NCBI GenBank assembly: GCA_016182185.1
Contig: JACOXU010000001.1
Location: forward strand, 207,251 to 271,250
Source of the DNA: Candidatus Levyibacteriota bacterium
Lineage (GTDB): Bacteria > Patescibacteriota > Microgenomatia > Levybacterales > UBA12049
Length of the DNA stretch: 64,000 nucleotides
Reading direction: 5' to 3'
The notes below the pieces were generated by a model that worked only from the letters and a program-made list of their open reading frames with translations, was not told the origin of the DNA and ran no database searches. The stretch's first letter is position 1. The number at the start of each line of letters is the position of its first letter. A program made the translations under genes and the position numbers. Positions 28,847-37,811 of the stretch are shown piece by piece.

Positions 28847-30599
28847 AACTCGATCCATTCTTCTAAGTCACCGCTTTCAAACAGTTAAGGAATTTGTGGA
28901 GAAAAATTTTTACTCAATTCTTCTTGTTTCTCTTATTATCGGAATTTCTATAAGTCATATCCTATACGTCATAAAGACCTATCAATACCCCCAATGGGAC
29001 GAACATCCATACCTAGATTATGCTGTCAATGTGCTCCCCCTTATAAAACATCCAACAATTTCCATATGGAACGATATACTGCATATTACAAAATTTAGAC
29101 AACCGCTTTATTCAGTTATTATTGCCATTGTACTTAGTATCTTTGGAACAATACATGCCTACAAAACTATACTCATTCTAAACGGCATTTTCTATTCCTT
29201 AACAATAATTGGAACATATTTTTTGGCAAAACACTTTATGAATCGCTTTCTTTCGCTTCTAGCAGCATACAGCTTTGCCTTTTATGGATTTCCGCTTTTT
29301 TATCTTCATTTCACCGTAAGTGAAACAGCCACGACAACATTTATTATTCTTTCGTTACTCTTTCTTATGAAATCAGATATCTTTAAAAAAAATATCTACA
29401 CCATATTATTTTCAATTTTTGCCAGTTTTAGCTTACTTGTTAGATGGGAAAGTATTATTTTCCTCATCGGCCCATCGCTATGGATTTTTTTGTTTTATAT
29501 AAAATTTGTTTTAAAACAGAATAAACTGAATGTCATTCGCATTGTATCCACGGTTAAGCCTATGCTTCTCATAATATTTTTCTTTGTTATTCCTACGCTC
29601 CTCCTCTATTACGTGCCCAATTTTAACTATTTTAAACAATATGTAGAAGAAAATAGAATGTATGGACCAATCTGGGCACCTGGATCAATAAAAAACCCCT
29701 TTTCCCCATCTTCATTAATTTGGTACTCAAATGTCTTAGCGCAGCAAACGATTTTCTTTTGGTTATTATTTATCGCCGGATTTTTACTAAGCGTATCAAA
29801 AATAAGAAAAAATGGCTTTCTTGTTATAACCTTCCTGACGCCATATATAGTTTTGACAATTGGTGGAGTTTGGAAAGACGACAGATTTATTGTTCCAATT
29901 TATCCATACATGGCTATTTTATCTATAACGTGTATAGATATGATTAAATTAAAAAAAATAAAATATTTGTTGATAGGCAGTGTTATCGTAATCGGATTTC
30001 TTAATTTTTTGGGCGCAAGTTGGGGCATTGGCCCTATGAAATTCAGCGTAACAGGAAACCGTACAACTGTTCCGCATTCAATTCTCGTCCCAATGCCAAT
30101 CGGGCATCCCAGGCGGGTGTGGTTTGCTCCAATTTCCTGGCCCCCAAGAGAAAACGAAGGAAATTCAGATTTAATCCTCAAGACAATTCTGGAAGATAAT
30201 AAAAATGAGAAAAGACCAAATGTCCTTCTTACATTTTCTATCCCTCAGATAGAAGGACCTTTATATAAAACTGTTCTCTATGAACAAAGAGATATTATTG
30301 ACCTTCGCGCTCTTTGGGGATTCAATGCCGATGATTACGAAATATTGTTTAACAGAATCAAAAATGCTGACTACATCTTGATTAAAGAAGAAGGCGCCTT
30401 TGATGATCAGTTTGATGGCAAACTTGACTTGCTGCAAACCTTTAACGAAACCATACGATCTTCTAATGTCCGGCTTCCCATGGCGTACCAGAAATTAAAA
30501 GAGGTAAACATTCCTTTTGATGAAAGTCGAGTATATATTTATAAAAGAATTCGCTCTCTGTCTCAAGAAGATATTGAAACATTTGAAGAAATTTTTTAG
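28803..30599 (+). CDS. ArnT/PMT-like GT-C membrane glycosyltransferase
   Basis: YPQWDEHPY, FRQPLYS, SETA, LVRW, KDDRFIVP; start uncertain (ATG 28803 or GTG 28896). Confidence 0.75.
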   Translation: MRKKSKIHKILSSSKTRSILLSHRFQTVKEFVEKNFYSILLVSLIIGISISHILYVIKTYQYPQWDEHPYLDYAVNVLPLIKHPTISIWNDILHITKFRQPLYSVIIAIVLSIFGTIHAYKTILILNGIFYSLTIIGTYFLAKHFMNRFLSLLAAYSFAFYGFPLFYLHFTVSETATTTFIILSLLFLMKSDIFKKNIYTILFSIFASFSLLVRWESIIFLIGPSLWIFLFYIKFVLKQNKLNVIRIVSTVKPMLLIIFFFVIPTLLLYYVPNFNYFKQYVEENRMYGPIWAPGSIKNPFSPSSLIWYSNVLAQQTIFFWLLFIAGFLLSVSKIRKNGFLVITFLTPYIVLTIGGVWKDDRFIVPIYPYMAILSITCIDMIKLKKIKYLLIGSVIVIGFLNFLGASWGIGPMKFSVTGNRTTVPHSILVPMPIGHPRRVWFAPISWPPRENEGNSDLILKTILEDNKNEKRPNVLLTFSIPQIEGPLYKTVLYEQRDIIDLRALWGFNADDYEILFNRIKNADYILIKEEGAFDDQFDGKLDLLQTFNETIRSSNVRLPMAYQKLKEVNIPFDESRVYIYKRIRSLSQEDIETFEEIF

Positions 30600-30961
30600 A
30601 TTTTATTTCTTAAATCCCACAGATATTGTCCAAGACCTAAAACCATCAGACCGTAAACGATATTTCCCAGGTTCTCCGAAAGAGGGCTATCAATGGTTAA
30701 TATATTTATCACTGCGTTTACCCCAAGAAGAGTCATGGTAAAAATAACCGTATGTCTTGCCTTTAAATTAAAAAGAAGTAAAATTGCAATATAGAAAACG
30801 ATAGCTGAAATTATTGGATCACCAAACACTAAGTTTAAATATGGAACATTTTTTGAGAAATCAAAGAAGTAAAGTAAGAAAAGCAGGAATATAATTTTTG
30901 TAAAATTTCTTCGTATAAATTCAGAACTTTTGTTCCGTAAATAATCTAATCTATTTTTCAT
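30596..30961 (-). CDS. Small membrane protein (about 4 TM)
   Basis: 121 aa, hydrophobic, PYLNL motif; coupled to the large GT-C gene. Confidence 0.7.
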   Translation of the reverse strand: MKNRLDYLRNKSSEFIRRNFTKIIFLLFLLYFFDFSKNVPYLNLVFGDPIISAIVFYIAILLLFNLKARHTVIFTMTLLGVNAVINILTIDSPLSENLGNIVYGLMVLGLGQYLWDLRNKI

Positions 30962-33900
30962 TTTTAATCAAAACTATAGCTAGCGAACCTAAGACAATAA
31001 AAACGCTCGAAAATGTAATTAAAAATCCAATCCAGGTTATGATCTGAGGAAAATAAATTACTGCCAGAAAACTATTATCATCAAGATTATTCGGGTCGAT
31101 ATACCACGCGTTTGCGTAATTATTGGCCATGTAATGATTGGATTTTTCAAGTTCTCTGCCTTTAATAACTGTGTATATTTGCATTGTTGCTTGACAAACT
31201 ATATTTGTACAATCTTTAAGCGGCATTTTATTGGGCATTTTAAATAGCCTCCAACCCTCAGAGTAACCCTGTTTCAGTAAAATAAAAAATGGATTTTTTT
31301 GAGATTTTATATTAAATGCATAAAACGTAGGATTATGTTTTTGTAAATCAGGAAAAATTGTTGACGAAACAGGAATAACATCTCTCCTGGTTGGCAAAAG
31401 CATTAGGATTGGATCTTTTATCAACTGATGCATTTTTAATTTTTCAATATTTATAGATTGAGAGTTATTTCGCGGATCTGAATAATTAAATCCTAAAATA
31501 ATTTCTCTAGTCCTGTTTGGGGTCTCAAATATAATTCGTTGTTCTTCGTCTTTTTTGGGAGTCAGCACTTTAGATGCAACTGTTTGTTTCTTTTCACCCT
31601 GTAATACGGCAGTGACGCTTATTTTAGTATCTCTAGTCGAATTCTCTTTATATTTAAAGCTCAATAGATATTTCTGATTTGGTTTTATAAATGTAGGAGA
31701 AATATAAGAAGGATCGCCGTAGGACGCGATATCTACATTAGAAACGGAAAGCAAATTTTTATATTGAGGCGTATTAACGGAAACTTTATAAGTTCCCTTA
31801 TCTAGGGAAATCTTTCCGTAATTAAACCCGAGATTCGGATCAGAAGATTCTATGTCTTTATTTTCTTTCGTATTTTCTAACACAATGCTTGATTTGACAG
31901 AATTCTCATCAAAAATATTTGCATATTCAATGGGGTCTTCTGAGACTAGGTAAAAAGTGTATGAATCTAGTTTGGGAATATTAACTGTAAATTTTAAAGA
32001 ACTTTCCTGGGATGTCCGCCAAAAATTTTTATTTCCGAGAATCCGTAATTTTTCTATTTTTTCATATATAGATTCGAGCTTCTTATCAAATTCACTTGAA
32101 TGAGAAAGTTCATAGCTTAAATTTCTAGTTTCATTCGCCATTGCAGTCGTAAAACTTTCCATGTACTGATTGTAGGGATAATTAATCGGCTCATTAAGAA
32201 TCTCTATACTTCTGATCTTATAAATATCATCAAGTAGTATTTCTACATCAGCGAAAGTTTCGTTTATTACTTTTGCGTATGTGGACTGAGAAAACTTATT
32301 TTCTGTTTTTGATAAAATAAGTGATAAATTTTTTATTTCGTCTATCCTCCTTAGTGCGTATCCTGCCATAAGAGAAGTTTTCTTCTGGTTAGTTCCTGAA
32401 ATTTTAACATTTATTCTCTCCTTTAATCTTAGAAAGCTGTAAAAAGGGGATGTAGAAAGCATGTTTGATTTTTGAATAGGAAAACTTGGAGGAGAAATAT
32501 CAGTGTCGCAAAAATTGCACTCTGCTGTGATTACTGCTCTGTCAATTGGCGTTTTTATTTTTTCAGTATCGACTGTATTTGGAATTACAATTGTATTAAC
32601 GTTTAAAAGTTTTATAAATTTATCCAGATTCGTTACATCGTTTGTATAGGACACGGCTTGTTTTACATCAAGTGGTAAAAATTTGTAACCATCTCTTTTT
32701 GGCAACTCGTAAACAACCCATCTATCAAATATATAAACAGGCTTTATCCAAGGCGATTCTGAGAGTATATTCTCGTAATAACTTACTGGGAAATCATCTA
32801 GATTTGTTTGCACGTCTTTTCTGAATAAAATAAACTTAACATCGAGTAAATCAGCAATTGAAATGGTTTTTTTCTCATCTTTTGATTCAATTACCTTGTA
32901 AAACTGATCGACGATATCATACTGTTCCTTGCTTAAAAAGATGCTATCTGAAATGACAGATTTTTCTGTCAGAAGGTTTATAAAGGGAGTTAGGCTCCAA
33001 TAATTCCATGTATATTGATCCGCCCGTCCTCTTTGAAGCCTAGGGTAAAGCAGAATTTTGTTATTATCTTTTTTCTCATTAATCCACTTTTGGAAGTCAA
33101 AAGAATATTGAGGAGGACGAACCATTGTCGAAAGGGGCGTATCCCATTTGAAAAAAACCCCTGTAAAAAACGGGTAGCTATAGATACCTGTCAGAAGTAG
33201 AAAAAGTACCAACGTAAGTAACTTGATGATTTTTTTAAACAATTCTCTTTTAAAATTTATTTGAGATATTTTTTCAATAAACGTAGAAAAGGAATAAGAT
33301 ATCAAAACCGCATATCCAATCCAAAGCATATAGCCAAACTTGTAAAATGGGGTACGTATTGTGGCGAAACCGGGAATATTAAGTAGACTTGAGAATATAA
33401 AACCCAAAGGAGATCTGGTTCCGCTCATGAAAAATATTGTCAAAAGTAATAAACCAAAGAAAAAACCTATAAAAACTTTATCCTTACGATTTACTTTCTT
33501 TAGAATTAATGAAGTCAATACCATTAGAGACCAAACAAAACTAATAATAATAAAAAACGGATTTTTCAAAAGTATATTTGAATAAGGATGGTTTTCAATG
33601 TCGTACCAGCCCGAGAATCCTTGAAGTCTTAGTAAATTATCAAACGTCGCATATCTTGTAATTATCTCAACCCAGCTTGAAACACCCGCAACTCCTCCTG
33701 CTAAATTAAGTTCTGCTGTATAATTATTTTTTACATAATTACCAAAGGGTAAAATCCAATAAGCATTAAATAAAATAAAAAATATTATTAACACTGTGAT
33801 AAATTTACCGCAGGCGAAAAAATTTTTCCTTCTATGTTTTTGTGAAAATGAGATAAACCCAAAGTAGATAAAAAACCAGATCAGAGCTAGTCCTAAACCC

Positions 33901-34505
33901 GCAACTATTGGAATACCGACTCCTCCCGTACCATTAAAAATGGTAAGAAGAAATGCTCCAATTATACCCAGTAAAAGAAAATTATCTCCTTTTGTAAAAA
34001 TTTTTATTAAAAATGCAATAAGTATTGGGGTAACAATTACAAAGGAGATTTCTTGCTTTAAGGCCACAAACCAAGCTTGAAGCAAATAGTGATTTAGACT
34101 ATAAAAAATACTACCTGAGAGAAGAAAATATAAACTATATTTTCTTGGAAAATCTTTATTGTCTATAATTGTTTTTAAAAGATAAAACATCGATAAGCCT
34201 GGCAAAACAAACCAAATCATAAAGACTATTATTTGTCCAGTTCTAATGGGAACTCCTAAAAGTTGAAGAATTGCCTCCGGAAGATACGTAGCGATAGCCC
34301 CTATGTTAAATGATGCATCAGAGCCTAAATTCAATGTATCAGACCAGATAAAAATTCTATTAATAACTCTTGAAAGAGGATCTAGCGAATAACCCATATC
34401 ATGACCGGAAGCAATAAATCCCGGCTTAAACCAAAGTAGAGGAATTAAACCAATTAAAAAAAGGGGAAATAATGGAATAAGAGCTTTCAATCTATTGCGC
34501 CACAT
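30951..34505 (-). CDS. Large GT-C membrane glycosyltransferase (AftD/DUF3367-like) with long extracellular region
   Basis: SGHD, NAYWILP, LRLQG, IRTPFYKF; internal DUF5667-like segment; C-terminal HNPTFY..YSEGW..ANNYANAW..YFPQ + TM. Confidence 0.7.
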   Translation of the reverse strand: MWRNRLKALIPLFPLFLIGLIPLLWFKPGFIASGHDMGYSLDPLSRVINRIFIWSDTLNLGSDASFNIGAIATYLPEAILQLLGVPIRTGQIIVFMIWFVLPGLSMFYLLKTIIDNKDFPRKYSLYFLLSGSIFYSLNHYLLQAWFVALKQEISFVIVTPILIAFLIKIFTKGDNFLLLGIIGAFLLTIFNGTGGVGIPIVAGLGLALIWFFIYFGFISFSQKHRRKNFFACGKFITVLIIFFILFNAYWILPFGNYVKNNYTAELNLAGGVAGVSSWVEIITRYATFDNLLRLQGFSGWYDIENHPYSNILLKNPFFIIISFVWSLMVLTSLILKKVNRKDKVFIGFFFGLLLLTIFFMSGTRSPLGFIFSSLLNIPGFATIRTPFYKFGYMLWIGYAVLISYSFSTFIEKISQINFKRELFKKIIKLLTLVLFLLLTGIYSYPFFTGVFFKWDTPLSTMVRPPQYSFDFQKWINEKKDNNKILLYPRLQRGRADQYTWNYWSLTPFINLLTEKSVISDSIFLSKEQYDIVDQFYKVIESKDEKKTISIADLLDVKFILFRKDVQTNLDDFPVSYYENILSESPWIKPVYIFDRWVVYELPKRDGYKFLPLDVKQAVSYTNDVTNLDKFIKLLNVNTIVIPNTVDTEKIKTPIDRAVITAECNFCDTDISPPSFPIQKSNMLSTSPFYSFLRLKERINVKISGTNQKKTSLMAGYALRRIDEIKNLSLILSKTENKFSQSTYAKVINETFADVEILLDDIYKIRSIEILNEPINYPYNQYMESFTTAMANETRNLSYELSHSSEFDKKLESIYEKIEKLRILGNKNFWRTSQESSLKFTVNIPKLDSYTFYLVSEDPIEYANIFDENSVKSSIVLENTKENKDIESSDPNLGFNYGKISLDKGTYKVSVNTPQYKNLLSVSNVDIASYGDPSYISPTFIKPNQKYLLSFKYKENSTRDTKISVTAVLQGEKKQTVASKVLTPKKDEEQRIIFETPNRTREIILGFNYSDPRNNSQSINIEKLKMHQLIKDPILMLLPTRRDVIPVSSTIFPDLQKHNPTFYAFNIKSQKNPFFILLKQGYSEGWRLFKMPNKMPLKDCTNIVCQATMQIYTVIKGRELEKSNHYMANNYANAWYIDPNNLDDNSFLAVIYFPQIITWIGFLITFSSVFIVLGSLAIVLIKNEK

Positions 34506-35178
34506 AAAAAACAGTCGAGTTTATGAAGGGAAGATTGCTGTTAAATGGAAAAATTATGTTTAATCTGGAATCAATTCTGTATAAAAATGGAAAAAATGTA
34601 ACAGGTTGAAATTTTACCTCTTTAAAACCGGCATCTTTCATAAACCTCCTCCACTTTTTAGGATGTAAAACATTGACATGAGTATTAATCTCTATATATT
34701 TTTTAAAAGGGTATGGAGTAGTAGCGATCAACTTTCCATTCTTATTAAGTGATTTCTTTATGTTAATCAAACCTGATAAAGGATCAGTCAGATGCTCTAG
34801 TACTTCAAATGCGAAAATAAAATCGAATTTTTCCCTGATAGGAATTTCCTCCTGTACATCACACACCAAAAAATTTACCTCTGGGGAAAGTTTTTTCGCT
34901 CTACTTATAGCATACCTTGATATATCTACTGCCCATGCATTGCTTCCCTTCTCCTGAAAAATGTCTGCTATGCCACCTATCGCACATCCTACTTCCAATA
35001 CTTTCCTTGCCTTCTTAAATGAAACTGAAAAGTGTTGCTCAAAAAATGAAAGCTGCCCTTTAAACCAATACCTGTTTCTTTTTAACGCGCTTGAATCAAA
35101 GTCTCCAACTGCATTAAACTGTTTTATAAAATAGCCTTTGTCGTAATCTTTTTTTTTATTCTTAAGTTTTTTGTTCAT
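34492..35178 (-). CDS. Class I SAM-dependent methyltransferase
   Basis: VLEVGCAIG, VDIS, FDFI..EVLEH, TTP. Confidence 0.9.
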   Translation of the reverse strand: MNKKLKNKKKDYDKGYFIKQFNAVGDFDSSALKRNRYWFKGQLSFFEQHFSVSFKKARKVLEVGCAIGGIADIFQEKGSNAWAVDISRYAISRAKKLSPEVNFLVCDVQEEIPIREKFDFIFAFEVLEHLTDPLSGLINIKKSLNKNGKLIATTPYPFKKYIEINTHVNVLHPKKWRRFMKDAGFKEVKFQPVTFFPFLYRIDSRLNIIFPFNSNLPFINSTVFYVAQ

Positions 35179-36719
35179 CTGTCAAATATATCTTTTCTTA
35201 TTTTTCCTTCCATTGTTTTGGGAGCCGGTAAACCTAGAATATATAGCAAAGATGGTGCAATATCAAGTATTTGCATTTTCTCTACTTTAGAATTTCTTTT
35301 TTTAAGTTTATCATGATAATAAATAAACATTCCATCCCTCCCGTGCTCTGCACTTTTCGGAACCCCACCCTCAGATGCAAGCCCTATTTTACCCTTTTTT
35401 ATCCCTTTTTGAAGATGATACCCGCTCTTAGTTTCAACAATCAAATCCTGAGCATTTTCAACATACGGACCCGAGTATATCTCTTCCCTTCTGTAGACTC
35501 GTTTAATTATTTTTTCTCCGGTATTTGGATCTTTAAGGTTAAGTAACTTATTGATAACATAATTTCTTATTTTATTATAATCTTTTTCTTTTACAGCTCC
35601 TTTTTCTTCTCTACCGACAAGATTTACCCTTAAGCCTTGGCTTGAAGGCGTGGGAAAATAGACTTTTGTATTTGACCATTCAATGTGTAATTCTTTGCCC
35701 TCAATACCAGATGTTTGTGCCAAAAACGTAAAAATATTACCCGGTAAGATTCTCTGAACATATTGAGCAAGTCCCAATTTATAAGCCAATTTTCTTCCTA
35801 TTAAAATACTCTCTGTAAAGTACTTGGTTAAATATCCCGCATAATTTTTTTTAAAAGATAAAAGCTTCCATTCCTCCAAATATTTTTCAATAAACACATC
35901 ATTATAGAGAGCTTCGGTGCCATGATCTGAAAATATGAAAAAAGAGAAATTACGGAACGATTTGAGCAAATCTTCTAAAATCTTATCAAGAACTACATAA
36001 TATTCTTCTATTCTATTTTTTTTCTTTTTATTATCATAAAGCGGATGGCTCTTGTCGATATGGTGGTAAAAATAATGATGAACTCGATCTAACTGTGTAA
36101 GGAATATAAGAGACAAGTCCCAAGGATACTTTCTTAGCAAATATTTCACTGCTTTTGCATGATCGAGTGTTAAACGCACAATATCATCAAAATATAAATC
36201 TTCCTTGCCGTTTATAATATGATCACCAAGTACATCTATTTTGTATGATGGTGCCACTTGGAGTATTTCTTTTTTAATCGATGCAGGGTATGTAAAGTTT
36301 GTATTGACCCCAGGAGTGTTCATCCCGGAAACAAAAATTCCTTCAATTTTTTTTGGAGGATACCCCATCGGATAATTGAAAACGATTGTCTTTTTTTTGG
36401 CAAAACCAAGGAAATCCCAAACGGCGAGGGATGATCTATCAGTTGAATTTAATACCTCAACTCCATAATCGCTTGTATAAGAAAAGAAATCAAAAATATT
36501 ATGTTTTCCCGCATTTACTCCTGTCACTGCAGTTTCCCATGCGCAAGGAGTAATTGGAGGAACTGTACTTTCAAGTGCTCCATATATCCCCTCCTCCATT
36601 ATTTTTTTAAATGTAGGAAGATAACCTTTTTCTACTAACGGAGATAAAATACTTAAGGTTGCACTATCCAGCCCTAGACCGATTAGTTTCTTTTGACCAG
36701 CGCTCTTTTTTGCTTTCAT
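35175..36719 (-). CDS. Alkaline phosphatase superfamily protein (type I phosphodiesterase/nucleotide pyrophosphatase, COG3379-like)
   Basis: GLD, LESTVPPITPCAW..TGVN.GKHNIFDF, DRVHH, SDHG, NLVGRE, H..DG, DIAP. Confidence 0.85.
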   Translation of the reverse strand: MKAKKSAGQKKLIGLGLDSATLSILSPLVEKGYLPTFKKIMEEGIYGALESTVPPITPCAWETAVTGVNAGKHNIFDFFSYTSDYGVEVLNSTDRSSLAVWDFLGFAKKKTIVFNYPMGYPPKKIEGIFVSGMNTPGVNTNFTYPASIKKEILQVAPSYKIDVLGDHIINGKEDLYFDDIVRLTLDHAKAVKYLLRKYPWDLSLIFLTQLDRVHHYFYHHIDKSHPLYDNKKKKNRIEEYYVVLDKILEDLLKSFRNFSFFIFSDHGTEALYNDVFIEKYLEEWKLLSFKKNYAGYLTKYFTESILIGRKLAYKLGLAQYVQRILPGNIFTFLAQTSGIEGKELHIEWSNTKVYFPTPSSQGLRVNLVGREEKGAVKEKDYNKIRNYVINKLLNLKDPNTGEKIIKRVYRREEIYSGPYVENAQDLIVETKSGYHLQKGIKKGKIGLASEGGVPKSAEHGRDGMFIYYHDKLKKRNSKVEKMQILDIAPSLLYILGLPAPKTMEGKIRKDIFDR

Positions 36720-36764
36720 ATGTTTTAAAGGGTAAAATTTTCTAGGTATTTACCAGAAACAATG

Positions 36765-37811
36765 TCAATCTGGATAATCTTCATTTTCAAATAACACCTC
36801 CTTATTAAGAAACATGTTTAAATAATATTTAAGATTAAATTTTCTGCTTATCCAAGGAAGATAAGCTTTGTCAGCGACCGCTCTTATTTTAGTTTGGATT
36901 ACCCTGCGTTTTTTGAGAGTATTGTCGATATTTACAACATTCCATAAAAGAGCATTTATTACTGCTATGCTCAGTCTTAACTTAAACTTTATCGAATAAA
37001 TAATAGCCAGAAATAAATATATTACTACCAATGATAAGACAATTCTGGCAAGCGTTGGAAGTTCAAAATTTTTAATGGAGCTTGCCAACCTATTCTTGAA
37101 TGAGTGAAAAAAAATAAAACTTTCTGCCATTTTCTGACTTGTCTGTCCTCCTTTGTGATATATCACCGATGCCGGTTCATAGACGACTTTATAGCCTGAA
37201 AGCCAAACCCGATGACAAAAATCAGTTTCTTCGTAATATGCAAAAAAATCCTTGTCAAATAAAGAAACTTTCTTTATGGCCTCTCTTCTTATCAGTAAGC
37301 AAGCTCCATTGCCGGAGAATATGGGCATTGATTTGTTGTAGATTTTTTTCTCGGGATCCTGGCCGTAACCGAAGTAATATAAAAAACCGGGAGTAGTAAA
37401 AAAAGCACCCCCGGATTGAAGACGCTTGTTATCAAGAAATATAATCTTAGGCTGAACAACTCCTATCAGTCTATCTGATCTTATTTTTTCAACTAAAACT
37501 GTTAAAAAATTGGGTTTAACAATAGTATCATTATTTAAAAGCAGTACTAGATTCCCATTTACCATTGGTATAGCCTGATTATTAGCCTCGGCAAAACCTA
37601 CATTTTTGACATTCCTGATTAATCTTATATTTAAATCTTGATATCTTTTTTTTGATAATTCTTCGAGTGAGCCATCTGTTGAACCATTATCTACAATAAT
37701 TATCTCTGTATTTTTATATGTATTGTTTTTAAAAGACATAAGACATTCTTTAAGTAGCCCAGAGCCATTAAGATTAACAATAATGATTGATACAAGATAA
37801 GATTTTTTCAT
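36765..37811 (-). CDS. GT2 glycosyltransferase
   Basis: VDNGSTDGS, GFAEANN, LNND, GACLL, FFAYYEETD. Confidence 0.9.
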   Translation of the reverse strand: MKKSYLVSIIIVNLNGSGLLKECLMSFKNNTYKNTEIIIVDNGSTDGSLEELSKKRYQDLNIRLIRNVKNVGFAEANNQAIPMVNGNLVLLLNNDTIVKPNFLTVLVEKIRSDRLIGVVQPKIIFLDNKRLQSGGAFFTTPGFLYYFGYGQDPEKKIYNKSMPIFSGNGACLLIRREAIKKVSLFDKDFFAYYEETDFCHRVWLSGYKVVYEPASVIYHKGGQTSQKMAESFIFFHSFKNRLASSIKNFELPTLARIVLSLVVIYLFLAIIYSIKFKLRLSIAVINALLWNVVNIDNTLKKRRVIQTKIRAVADKAYLPWISRKFNLKYYLNMFLNKEVLFENEDYPD

